A DNA stretch of 35,766 nucleotides, from NCBI GenBank assembly GCA_016928955.1, contig JAFGJV010000019.1, positions 1 to 35,766 of the forward strand, read 5' to 3'. The notes under the pieces were generated by a model. It was not told the origin of the DNA and did not search any database. It was given only the letters and a program-made list of their open reading frames with translations. Below are positions 8,594 to 17,811 of the stretch, one piece after another. Both the position numbers and the translations under genes were made by a program. Positions within the stretch are counted from its first letter, which is position 1; each line of letters begins with the position of its first letter. The stretch comes from Spirochaetales bacterium (GTDB lineage: Bacteria > Spirochaetota > Spirochaetia > Treponematales > UBA12059).

Positions 8594-10228
8594 ATGAAAT
8601 TTCTCGAGTATCTAAAACCCCTCACGCGGGTGCTGTTCTGGATCGGTTTCTGCTGGTCGGGCCTCTTTGACGCGGCCCTGCTCCTGTTCGCCGAGCCCCT
8701 GCGTCCGGCCGCCTGGGTGTTCACCGCGCTCAAATGGGCAGCCGCCGTCGCCTTCATCCTGCTCCAGCGCAGGGCAGCCAAGGCTGATGAGTGGAAAAAG
8801 GCCTATTTCCTGTCGCGGGTGGCCTTGTTCTACGCGGTGGCCCTGCAGGGGTTCCAGCATTTTTACGGCGTGTCCCTGGTCGCCAACAGAACCATGGCCT
8901 ACGTCCTGTTCTACCTGTCCATAGCCACGGTGCTGATACCGTCCATCGTGTTGTACCTGTCCGCCTTTGGCAAGAAGGCCCTGCTCGCCCGCGGCGTCAT
9001 GGTAAAGAACGGCCGCAAGTACCACCACGGCTTTTCCACGGGCGCGGCCTTTGCGGTCCTGGACTGGGTAGACGCCATAGTCGGCGCCTTCATCCTGGTC
9101 ATGTACCTGAGCTCGTTCGTGTTCCAGTGCTACGTGATTCCTTCCGGATCAATGGAGAACACCCTCCTGGTGGGCGACCGCCTGATATCCCTGAAGCCCG
9201 CCTACGGCATAGAGCCGCCCTTCTCCAACGTCAAGCTGCCCCGCCTGTCGAGGCCTGGCCGCGGCGAGATAGTCATCCTGCACAACCCGCGCGTCCCCGC
9301 CGAGGAGCGGCAGGACGTGGGTTTCATACTCGGCCAGTACCTGCAGGTCCTGTCCAACGCCATCTTCAAGGACAACGCGGCCGCCGCTGTGGCCGAACCC
9401 CTGGTCAAGCGCGTGATTGGCCTGCCCGGCGAGCGCCTGTACATGCTGAACGACATCGTGTACGTGCAGACCAAAGGCTCTGAGGCCCGCGCCCTGTCCG
9501 AACCGTACACACGCGTGTTCGCCAACCCGGCATCCGACATGTCCGTGGGACCTGAGGCCACGATCATCCTGGACATAGATAGGATGTTCGCCGGCATGGA
9601 CTTGGACCGGCTTGAAGCGTCCACCCGCGCTGTGGTGGGCCAGCTGGCCTCGGACTACGGCCTTTCAGGCGGCCCGAGCAACGCCTTTCTGCCCACCAAC
9701 GTTGCGGACTTCACCGGCGCCGTGACCGCCTTGGCCACGGGCGTAAGCGGCCGGAACCTGTCGCGGACCGACCTTGAGGAATTTTTCCTGGGCGCCTTCA
9801 CAGGCTCGCCGTCCAATCCCTACGAAGTGCAAGCGGCCACGGTCAACGCCTGGCTCAAGCTCAGGCTCCTGGAATGCGCCCGGGACATCCTGGCCGGCTC
9901 GGACGAGCGCGCGGTTTTCTCCGACGAGACCCTGCGCCGCGTCATAGGCACCTGGCTCAACCGCTACGACGCGCGCAACTTCCCGCCCTTCCCTGCCGCC
10001 GGCTACCTGGGCAAGGACGAATGGTTCCTGATGGGCGACAACCGCTACAGCTCCCTGGACGGCCGCCACTGGGACTCGTTCATGGAAGAACGGAAGCTGT
10101 GGACCGGAGACCCTTCGTCGCTCACCTATCCGTCCCTGCTCGATCCCTTTGCCATATCCGGCGAGATGTTCTTTGCCGAGCCTTTGGCCGTGGCCTGGCC
10201 ACTGTCCAACGCCAAGGCCCTGCCCTGA
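8594..10228 (+). CDS. lepB: Signal peptidase I with extended multi-TM N-terminus
   Basis: Catalytic Ser box IPSGSMENTL, VGDRL, Lys box LVKRVIG, MGDNRYSSLDGR. Confidence 0.85.
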   Translation: MKFLEYLKPLTRVLFWIGFCWSGLFDAALLLFAEPLRPAAWVFTALKWAAAVAFILLQRRAAKADEWKKAYFLSRVALFYAVALQGFQHFYGVSLVANRTMAYVLFYLSIATVLIPSIVLYLSAFGKKALLARGVMVKNGRKYHHGFSTGAAFAVLDWVDAIVGAFILVMYLSSFVFQCYVIPSGSMENTLLVGDRLISLKPAYGIEPPFSNVKLPRLSRPGRGEIVILHNPRVPAEERQDVGFILGQYLQVLSNAIFKDNAAAAVAEPLVKRVIGLPGERLYMLNDIVYVQTKGSEARALSEPYTRVFANPASDMSVGPEATIILDIDRMFAGMDLDRLEASTRAVVGQLASDYGLSGGPSNAFLPTNVADFTGAVTALATGVSGRNLSRTDLEEFFLGAFTGSPSNPYEVQAATVNAWLKLRLLECARDILAGSDERAVFSDETLRRVIGTWLNRYDARNFPPFPAAGYLGKDEWFLMGDNRYSSLDGRHWDSFMEERKLWTGDPSSLTYPSLLDPFAISGEMFFAEPLAVAWPLSNAKALP

Positions 10229-10232
10229 AACC

Positions 10233-10267
10233 CTAACAGGCCGGGGACCAGTTCTCCGGCCTGTTAG
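10233..10267 (+). terminator. Stem-loop after lepB
   Basis: CTAACAGGCCGG...CCGGCCTGTTAG, perfect 12-bp stem starting 5 bp after the stop; no U-tract. Confidence 0.55.
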
Positions 10268-10302
10268 CACCTTCCTCACAACAAACAAACACTCAGCTCA
10301 CC
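10264..10302 (+). promoter_or_regulatory. Candidate Pho-box-like array
   Basis: Hexamers TTAGCA (10264), CTCACA (10275), CAAACA (10286), CTCACC (10297) at exact 11-bp period upstream of alkaline phosphatase. Confidence 0.4.
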
Positions 10303-10401
10303 ATAGGCGCGGACGCATGCCGCATCCTGTGCATGACGCGGAATCACCCGGGCGGCCGGAACGGACGCCGCCCGTCCGCCAAATCAAGCCAGGAGGCAGC
10401 A

Positions 10402-11892
10402 ATGACAAGGTCGGCAAGATGCGCGGTACTATTGGCCGCGCTCGCTCTCAGCAGCGCCCAGGTGTTTGCCATGGGGTCACGGGAACAAAAGGCTCCCGGC
10501 TCCGTACAGGAGACCGCTCCGGCAAAATACGTGTTCCTTTTCATCGGCGACGGAATGTCCATGGCCCAGGTGAGCGCCGCAGAGGTGTACTCGAACGCCC
10601 TGGCATCAAAAACCCCGGGCCAGGCCAGACTGGGCTTCACCCAGTTTCCGTCCCAGGGGCTGACCACCACCTACGATTCGAGCTCGATTATCACCGATTC
10701 AGCCTCCGCGGGCACCGCGATAGCGACCGGGAACAAGACGGCCAGCGGGGTAATCAACATGGATCCGGGCAAGACCCTGAAGTTCAAAACCATCGCCGAG
10801 TACGCCAAGGAGATGGGCTGGAAGGTCGGTGTCGTGTCGAACGTATCGCTGGACCACGCGACCCCCGCGTCGTTCTACGCCAAGGTACCGAGCCGGGGCG
10901 ACATGTACTCCATCGCCACGCAGCTGGTCGCCTCAGGGTTCGACTACTTCGGTGGAGGCGGCTTTGCCCAGCCCAGGGGGAAAAAGGGCGACCAGGCTGA
11001 CGTGCTGGCGATCGCGCGGGAGGCCGGCTACCGGATCGTCAACACCGCTGATGGCTTTAGGAAGCTCGACGCTGCCAGTGCAGGCAAGGTCATAGCCATC
11101 AACGAGACCCTCCAGGACTCGGAAGCCATGCCGTACGAGATAGACCGGCATCCGGACGACCTGTCCTTGGCGGACTACGTGGCCAAGGGCATCGAGCTCC
11201 TCATGAACGACAAAGGCTTCTTCTTAGCCGTTGAATCCGGCAAGATAGACTGGGCCTGCCACGCGAACGACGCCGCGGCATCCATCGGCGACACGCTCGC
11301 CTTCGACAGCGCCATAGCGGTGGCGGTGGCCTTCCAGAAACTGCATCCCGAGGACACGCTTATTGTCGTAACCGGTGACCATGAGACGGGGGGCATGAGC
11401 CTTGGTTTTGCGGGCACCAAATACACGACCGCGTTCGAGAGGGTTTCTGCCCAGACAGGATCATACGTGGCCTTTGACCAGACGGTGCTGGATCCCTACA
11501 AGGACGGCCGCTCTCCAGGAGAGGGCAGCCTGAAAGACCTGCTGCCGGAGATACAGCGCTTCTTTGGAATAGACGTAAACGCCCTCCCGATCAAAGACCG
11601 CGAGATGGTAGAGCGGGCCTTTGTGCGGAGCATGAAGGGAGAGGTGGAACGAGCCGCTCAGGAGGACACGTACCTCCTGTACGGAGGGTACGAACCCCTG
11701 ACCGTCACGCTCACGCACATAGCCAACCAGTCCGCCGGTATCGGCTGGACCACGTATTCGCACACCGGAGTTCCGGTGCCGACCTACGCCCTCGGCAACG
11801 GCCAACAGCTCTTTGATGGATACTACGACAACACGGATATTTTCAGGAAACTGGCCGCGGTCATGAACGTCAGGCTTCCGGCCACCAACTGA
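10402..11892 (+). CDS. phoA: Alkaline phosphatase (PhoA family), secreted
   Basis: AGGAGG RBS; signal peptide; FIGDGMS, ITDSASAGTA (catalytic Ser), HATPASF, ESGKIDWACHAND, TGDHETGG, SHTG. Confidence 0.92.
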   Translation: MTRSARCAVLLAALALSSAQVFAMGSREQKAPGSVQETAPAKYVFLFIGDGMSMAQVSAAEVYSNALASKTPGQARLGFTQFPSQGLTTTYDSSSIITDSASAGTAIATGNKTASGVINMDPGKTLKFKTIAEYAKEMGWKVGVVSNVSLDHATPASFYAKVPSRGDMYSIATQLVASGFDYFGGGGFAQPRGKKGDQADVLAIAREAGYRIVNTADGFRKLDAASAGKVIAINETLQDSEAMPYEIDRHPDDLSLADYVAKGIELLMNDKGFFLAVESGKIDWACHANDAAASIGDTLAFDSAIAVAVAFQKLHPEDTLIVVTGDHETGGMSLGFAGTKYTTAFERVSAQTGSYVAFDQTVLDPYKDGRSPGEGSLKDLLPEIQRFFGIDVNALPIKDREMVERAFVRSMKGEVERAAQEDTYLLYGGYEPLTVTLTHIANQSAGIGWTTYSHTGVPVPTYALGNGQQLFDGYYDNTDIFRKLAAVMNVRLPATN

Positions 11893-11903
11893 TTCGTCAC
11901 GCG

Positions 11904-11930
11904 GCAGCCAGGCCGCGACGGCCTGGCTGC
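11904..11930. terminator. Perfect GC hairpin between phoA and the YibE/F gene
   Basis: GCAGCCAGGCCG-cga-CGGCCTGGCTGC; no U-tract. Confidence 0.5.
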
Positions 11931-12073
11931 TAAACCCAAGGAACCATATCGACACCGCTCCAGCAAGCCGCGGAAACCGCGTGTCCGCGGATGGCCATCA
12001 GAAAAGCGAGCGTCGTGGACCGGAATACCGGGGTAGCCGTTTGGGCTGCCCCGGACGGAAATTGGAGTGGTAC

Positions 12074-13255
12074 ATGAGCTTAAGCGCCTCGTTACGGGCG
12101 TATTTCAGGCACGCGTGGGGAAACGCCCACGTCAAGGACATGGTGTTCGTCGCAATCGTGCTCGCTATCTCAGGCTTGGCCGTGCTGGCTCCCACGGGAT
12201 ACGAGCGGGCCCCGGACGGCATGCACCGTGCACGGGCGGCCATACTGGAAACCTTTGACCAGGGCATCCGCCATTACGGGCCCGTCACGCAGGGCGAGCA
12301 GTACGCTACCGTACGCGTCCTGGCCGGTCCCTTCAAGGGCCTTGTGGGAGAGGCCCACAACATCCTGTACGGAAAAACGGACATAGACAAAATCTTCAAG
12401 GCCGGCGACACGGCCCTGGCCGTGATAGCGCCCGGAATCGAGGGTGGGCCGGCGGATATAACGCTGGTCGACCACTGGAGGCTGGACATCCAGGTGTGGC
12501 TGGTGTGCGCATTCCTATCGCTCCTGGTGCTCCTGGGCGGATGGACGGGCGTCAAGAGCTTTGTCTCATTCATTTTTACAGGCACGGTCATTTGGAAAGT
12601 CCTCATCCCTGCATTCCTGTCAGGATTCCCAGCGATTCTCTCCAGCCTGGCCGTGGTCGCCCTCTTGTCCTTTGTCATCATCTTCCTTGTTTCCGGCTTT
12701 TCGCGAACCGGGCTGTCGGCCTTCCTGGGCAGCGTCATGGGCACCGCCATAAGCGCCGCCCTTGCCCTGGCGCTCAGTAACCCCTACCACCTGAACGGCT
12801 CCGTGCGCTCCTTCTCGGAGACGCTCAAGTACAGCGGCTTTGACCACCTTGACCTGGCCCAGATCTTCCTTGCGGGAACCTTCCTTGCGTCGTCCGGAGC
12901 CTTCATGGACCTGGCCATGGACGTGGCCGCGTCGATGGAGGAACTGCACTTGAAACGTCCGGCCCTGGGCTTTATCGAACTGGCCAAATCCGGGCTCAAT
13001 GTTGGTCGCAAGGTAATAGGCACCATGTCGACCACCCTACTGCTTGCCTACACGGGCGGTTTCACAAGCTTGCTCATGGTATTCATGGCCCAAAACGTCA
13101 ACCCGCTCACCATGTTCAGCATGTCCTACGTATCCAGCGAGGTATTCCACACCATGGTCGGTTCGCTCGGCCTGGTGCTTATCGCCCCGCTCACCGCCCT
13201 CTTGTCGGCATGGCTCTTGTCCAGCCAACCGTCCCAGAAAGGATACCTCCGATGA
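12074..13255 (+). CDS. YibE/F family membrane protein
   Basis: GGAG RBS; multiple TMs; SGAFMDLAMDVAASMEEL, SGLNVGRKVIGTMSTTLLLAYTG, GSLGLVLIAPLTA. Confidence 0.88.
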   Translation: MSLSASLRAYFRHAWGNAHVKDMVFVAIVLAISGLAVLAPTGYERAPDGMHRARAAILETFDQGIRHYGPVTQGEQYATVRVLAGPFKGLVGEAHNILYGKTDIDKIFKAGDTALAVIAPGIEGGPADITLVDHWRLDIQVWLVCAFLSLLVLLGGWTGVKSFVSFIFTGTVIWKVLIPAFLSGFPAILSSLAVVALLSFVIIFLVSGFSRTGLSAFLGSVMGTAISAALALALSNPYHLNGSVRSFSETLKYSGFDHLDLAQIFLAGTFLASSGAFMDLAMDVAASMEELHLKRPALGFIELAKSGLNVGRKVIGTMSTTLLLAYTGGFTSLLMVFMAQNVNPLTMFSMSYVSSEVFHTMVGSLGLVLIAPLTALLSAWLLSSQPSQKGYLR

Positions 13256-13402
13256 CACCGCACGGAATGCACGAAATGCCATATCATCATTTTGCCGACC
13301 TGGGGCCGTCCGCCACGCCCATGCCGCATCCGCTTGCTTTCGCCCGGGCGCCGGATTATGTTCAAAACGAAGACGGGCGCGCGCCCCGGGAAAAGGAAAA
13401 AC

Positions 13403-14179
13403 GTGGGATTGTTTGGCCGCATCTTTGGCCGTCGCGTTTGGGAGCCACTGCCGGACTCCTTGTGGACTGAGCTCTCCGGCGACCGGCCCTGCCTGCACCT
13501 CCTAGCGGAAGCGGACGCCCAGAGACTGAGGCGGCTCGCCACGTGGTTCATGGCAAAGCGACGCTTTGTGCCCGTGGGCGGTGCCGAGCCCTCGGAGCTG
13601 GACAAGGCGACCATAGCGGCCCTGGCCTGCCTGCCCATCCTGAACCTCGGGACCGCCTGGTACCGGCTCTGGTCCACCGTGCTCCTTGAGCCGGACGGGT
13701 TTATCCACCGCATGGAAACGGTGGACGACGCAGGCGTGGTCACCGAGTACGACGACGAGCTGGCCGGGCGCGTTACCGAGCTCGGGCCGGTCATACTCAG
13801 CCTGCGCGACGTGCGCGAGTCCGGCCACGGCGACGGTTACGACGTGGTCGTCCACGAGATGGCCCACAAGCTGGATGAGCGCGACGGCGGGCTGGACGGC
13901 GTTCCGCCCCTGCCCGGCGGCATATCCCGCGCGGCGTGGAGGGCCGTGTTCAGCTCGGCGTTCGAGGATTTCCGCGCGCGGGCCGGAAGCAGGCGCCTGA
14001 AGGGCAGGCGTCGCTCCCTTCCCTTGGACGAGTACGCGGCGGACAGCCCGGAGGAATTCTTTGCCGTGTCCTGCGAGCACTTTTTCGGCACGCCGTCCGC
14101 CTTGGCAAGGGCCTATCCGGAGCTGTACGGCCTTTTGTCGTCGTTTTTCAGGCAGGATCCAAAAGCGCTTGGATACTGA
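13403..14179 (+). CDS. MtfA-like zinc-dependent peptidase (family M90)
   Basis: VVVHEMAHKLD, DGVPPL, YAADSPEEFFAVSCEHFF; start GTG 13403 (AAGGA RBS) or ATG 13358. Confidence 0.88.
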   Translation: MGLFGRIFGRRVWEPLPDSLWTELSGDRPCLHLLAEADAQRLRRLATWFMAKRRFVPVGGAEPSELDKATIAALACLPILNLGTAWYRLWSTVLLEPDGFIHRMETVDDAGVVTEYDDELAGRVTELGPVILSLRDVRESGHGDGYDVVVHEMAHKLDERDGGLDGVPPLPGGISRAAWRAVFSSAFEDFRARAGSRRLKGRRRSLPLDEYAADSPEEFFAVSCEHFFGTPSALARAYPELYGLLSSFFRQDPKALGY

Positions 14180-14248
14180 GCAGTGATATGCGGGCCGTCC
14201 AGGGAACGCCCAGGGTGTTCCCGGCGGCCCCGCGCAAGGAGGCAGGGA

Positions 14249-15466
14249 GTGAGCGAGCATTTTGGCGGACAGGACGACAAGAGCGCGCGGCTGAGGGTCA
14301 TCGTGGAAAAACTGGCCGCAGGGGTTCCGGCGTCGGAGGTCAAGCGCGAGTTCCACGAGTTGATCAAAGGCGCGGACGCGGCCGAGGTTGCCGCCATGGA
14401 ACAGGCCATGATAGAAACCGGCACCCCGGTTGAGGAAGTGCAGCGCCTGTGCGAGGTGCACGCGGACCTGTTCCGCGCCGGGCTTGAGCGCGGCGAAAAA
14501 GCCGACCGCATGCCGGGCCACCCGGTCCACACCTACCGCGCCGAAAACCAGGAGGCCAGGAAGCGCCTGCGCCCGCTCAGGCTTGCTGCGCTCGCGGGAG
14601 GCTTGGATGCCCTGACCAGGGCCGCCGACAGCCTGCGCCCCATCATCGTCCACTACCAGCGCAAGGAAAACCAGCTCTTCCCCTTCCTGGAGCGCACGGG
14701 CTTTACGGGCCCCTCAAAGGTGATGTGGGGCAAGCACGACGAGATCCGGGAAGCGTTCCGGGAGCTTGACGCGGCCATCCAGTCAAGAAGCGCTGGGCTT
14801 GCCCGCAAAACCGCCCGCGCCCTGGCCCGCAAGATAGCCATGATGATATTCATGGAAGAGAAAATCCTCCTGCCCAACGCCTTGAAGCGCCTGTCCGACG
14901 CCGACTGGGCGGCGGTCAGGCGCGGAGAGGACGCGATTGGCTTTGCCTGGGTCAAGCCGGGCGCCCAGTACGACCCGGCCCTGGTCAACCAAGGCGGCAT
15001 GTACGCCAATTTCCAAGCGGCCGCGGACAGCGCGTCGTCGCAAGCCGGCCAGGACCAGGCGGCGGGCATACGCCTGTCCGAGGGGAGCCTGCCCCCGGAC
15101 ATCCTGGACCTCATGCTGAGGCACCTGCCCCTGGACGTGTCCTTTGTGGACGCGGACGACAAGGTCCGCTACTACTCCGATTCCCCGCACAGGGTGTTCC
15201 CCAGGAGCCCGGCCATCATAGGCCGCGACGTGCGCAACTGCCATCCGCACAAGAGCGTGGCCGTGGTCGAGCGCATTCTGGAAGCGTTCAAACGCAAGGA
15301 AAAGGACACCGCGGATTTCTGGCTGGAGGTGGGCGGGCGCTTTGTGTACATCACCTACAAGCCGCTGTACGCGGCGGACGGTTCCTACCTGGGCACCATG
15401 GAAGTCAGCATGGACGCCACCGAACTGCGCGGGCTGACCGGAACGCGCACCCTGCTGGATTGGTAA
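14249..15466 (+). CDS. DUF438 / hemerythrin-like / PAS_10 domain protein
   Basis: AGGAGG RBS; EEVQRLCEVH, GHPVHTYRAEN, HYQRKENQLFP, VMWGKHDEIR, MIFMEEKIL, FPRSPAIIGRDVRNCHPHKS. Confidence 0.88.
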   Translation: MSEHFGGQDDKSARLRVIVEKLAAGVPASEVKREFHELIKGADAAEVAAMEQAMIETGTPVEEVQRLCEVHADLFRAGLERGEKADRMPGHPVHTYRAENQEARKRLRPLRLAALAGGLDALTRAADSLRPIIVHYQRKENQLFPFLERTGFTGPSKVMWGKHDEIREAFRELDAAIQSRSAGLARKTARALARKIAMMIFMEEKILLPNALKRLSDADWAAVRRGEDAIGFAWVKPGAQYDPALVNQGGMYANFQAAADSASSQAGQDQAAGIRLSEGSLPPDILDLMLRHLPLDVSFVDADDKVRYYSDSPHRVFPRSPAIIGRDVRNCHPHKSVAVVERILEAFKRKEKDTADFWLEVGGRFVYITYKPLYAADGSYLGTMEVSMDATELRGLTGTRTLLDW

Positions 15467-15494
15467 ACTGGCGCGTTTTGGTTACACTGGCGGA

Positions 15495-16184
15495 ATGATG
15501 AACAAAGCTTCAGCCTTCCGCCTGCCGGCGTCCCTGCTGATTGCGGCCATGGCGGCCGGGGGCATCGTCATCCAGATGACCCTGCCCATAGCCGGGCGCT
15601 CGGCTTTTGGCATGTGGCGCTACTTTACCGTCCAGAGCAACGCCCTGGTCGCGCTTGCCGCCGCCCTTGATGCCCTGGCGCTTGTCCGCGGCCGCCGGCC
15701 GGGAACCCGCCTGGCCCTGTTCCGAGGCCTTGCCCTGTTCGCCATCACGGTGACCAGCACGATGTTCGCCCTGTTCCTGTCCAGGCTGTGGAACCCCCCG
15801 GGCATGGCAGGGCTGGCCAATTCGCTTCTGCACGCGTGGACGCCGCTGGCCTTCTGGGCGTACTGGCTGGTCTTTGGCGAGCGAGGCCTGCTCAAGCCCA
15901 CGGCTCCAGCGCTGTGGCTCGGCTACCCGCTTGCGTACCTTGCGGGCTCCCTGCTTGTGGGGAGCGTGTCCGGGTTTTATCCCTATTGGTTCATCAACCC
16001 GGCTCCCCCGCCCGACGGCTTGGGTTCCTACGGACACGTGGCGCTTTTCTCGTTGGGCTCGGCCGCCGCCTTCCTGGTCCTTGGGTACGCGCTTTGGGGC
16101 GTGGACAGGTTTCTGGCAGCCGCGGCCGTTCGCTTGGTCGCTAGAAAACCGGAGAACGATCCGCGGGATACCAGCTCGCCATAA
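15495..16184 (+). CDS. Pr6Pr (FAR-17a/AIG1-like) integral membrane protein
   Basis: YFTVQSN, LLHAWTP, WLGYPLAYL, FYPYWFINP; about 6 TMs. Confidence 0.8.
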   Translation: MMNKASAFRLPASLLIAAMAAGGIVIQMTLPIAGRSAFGMWRYFTVQSNALVALAAALDALALVRGRRPGTRLALFRGLALFAITVTSTMFALFLSRLWNPPGMAGLANSLLHAWTPLAFWAYWLVFGERGLLKPTAPALWLGYPLAYLAGSLLVGSVSGFYPYWFINPAPPPDGLGSYGHVALFSLGSAAAFLVLGYALWGVDRFLAAAAVRLVARKPENDPRDTSSP

Positions 16185-16236
16185 TGCGGCGGACTGACAG
16201 GCCGCGGGCAACGCCGCTTGTTTTGCCGGCAGTCTG

Positions 16237-17808
16237 CTAGGCGTCCGGCTCGTCCTCATCAGGGGCATGTAGCGGGAAGCGGATGACAAAACGCGTGCCG
16301 GAAGCGGGCGACGATTCCATGCGCACGCTGCCGTGCAGCACGCGCGACACGGCCGAGTCCACGATAGACAGGCCCAGGCCCGTGCCTCCCGCTCCCCGCC
16401 TGGTGGTGAAGAACGGCTCAAAGGCCCTGGCTGCCGTGTCCTGGTCCATGCCCACGCCGTTGTCCGCATACTCGATCACGACGTCTGAGCCGTCCTGCCG
16501 CACGTCCAGGGTAAGGATCCCGCCCTCGTCCGGCCGGAAGGCGTGGGTCAGGGAATTCATGATCAGGTTGCTGACGATCTGCGTAAAGGCTGACGGCCAG
16601 GTATCCAGCTCCAGGTTCTGGGGACAGGACAGACTGACGCTGGCCCTGTGCTTTCTGAGTTCCGGCCGGATGCTGTCCAGAATGTCACCCAGGTAGGTAC
16701 CCAGGTGGATCACCCGGCGCTGCCCGGTCATCTGGTCGGCCGCCAGTTCCTTGAACGAACGGAGTATGTTGCGCGCGCGCTGGAGGTTGGACTGGATAAG
16801 GTCTATGGACTCGGTCGCCGCCACAAGATGCTCGTTGGGAAGCACGACGCCGGGATCGTCGCCCCTGGCCACGCTCCGGAGCTGGTCGGCCAGGTAGCTT
16901 GCCGCGGTTATGGATACGCCCAGGGGCGTGTTCACCTCGTGCGCCACGCCGGCAACCAGGGTGACCATGGCCGCCATCTTTTCCTTGCGCACCAGCTCGT
17001 CCCGGGCTTCCTCCAGCTGCCGTATGGTGGCCGTCAGTTCGGCCGTGCGAGCGCGCACCTGGTCCTCAAGGCCGGCCGTGGCCATGCCCAGCTCGCCGGC
17101 CATGGCGTTGAAGGATTTGGCAAGCGACAAGACCTCGCCGTCCCCGGTTTCGTCTGCCCGCACCTGCATCTCGCCGCGGCCCATCAGTATGGTGGCCGCC
17201 TCAAGCGCCTCCAGGGGCGCGGCCACCCGTTGTCCAGCGCTTCTGGCGGCCAGGCTTGCGGCCATGATTCCCAGGAGCACCACCACGCCCACGGCCGGGA
17301 GCGACGAAGCGGCCGCCTGGGATATGTATTCCGCCGGCACGGCCAGGATGACGGTCCAACCCCAGGGTTCAAAAGCCTCGTTCCAGCCCAGGAAAGACTT
17401 GTAGCCCAGGCCCCAGTAGCCAGGCCCCGTGTCGCCCCGCCCCAGGCTTTGCACAATCACCATGGACGACGCGGTGCCCACCGCCTCCCAGGGGCTGGCC
17501 AGTACCTTGCCGTCGGCGCCTAAAACCACCACGCCCACTTCCTGCCCGGACGCCTGGGATACCTGGGCCAGGGCCTCATTCTGGGCCGAGCGGGAGTAAA
17601 ACGGGGAGTCGTCTATGCCCAGGCGGACAACAGTGTCGTATTCCGCGCGGATGCCCTGAAGCACGGCCCCTGAGCGGGACGCCAGCAGGTCCTGGTACAG
17701 CCGCCTGACCGTGCCCGCGGACGCCGCGTACACGGCCGCCCCCGTTACCAGGCCGACGGCGGCAACCACCGGCACGATTACCATGACCAGGCGCGCCCTG
17801 AGCCTCAT
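16237..17808 (-). CDS. Sensor histidine kinase (2 TM, HAMP, HisKA, HATPase)
   Basis: AHEVNTPLG, SNLIMNS, DNGVGM, FEPFFTT, GTGLGL. Confidence 0.92.
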   Translation of the reverse strand: MRLRARLVMVIVPVVAAVGLVTGAAVYAASAGTVRRLYQDLLASRSGAVLQGIRAEYDTVVRLGIDDSPFYSRSAQNEALAQVSQASGQEVGVVVLGADGKVLASPWEAVGTASSMVIVQSLGRGDTGPGYWGLGYKSFLGWNEAFEPWGWTVILAVPAEYISQAAASSLPAVGVVVLLGIMAASLAARSAGQRVAAPLEALEAATILMGRGEMQVRADETGDGEVLSLAKSFNAMAGELGMATAGLEDQVRARTAELTATIRQLEEARDELVRKEKMAAMVTLVAGVAHEVNTPLGVSITAASYLADQLRSVARGDDPGVVLPNEHLVAATESIDLIQSNLQRARNILRSFKELAADQMTGQRRVIHLGTYLGDILDSIRPELRKHRASVSLSCPQNLELDTWPSAFTQIVSNLIMNSLTHAFRPDEGGILTLDVRQDGSDVVIEYADNGVGMDQDTAARAFEPFFTTRRGAGGTGLGLSIVDSAVSRVLHGSVRMESSPASGTRFVIRFPLHAPDEDEPDA

Positions 17809-17811
17809 AGA

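Noticed and set aside
10231..10269. CTAAC...GTTAG hairpin resembling an integron attC site
   Set aside because: Too short (under 40 bp), imperfect R boxes, no L-box bulges, single copy, no integrase
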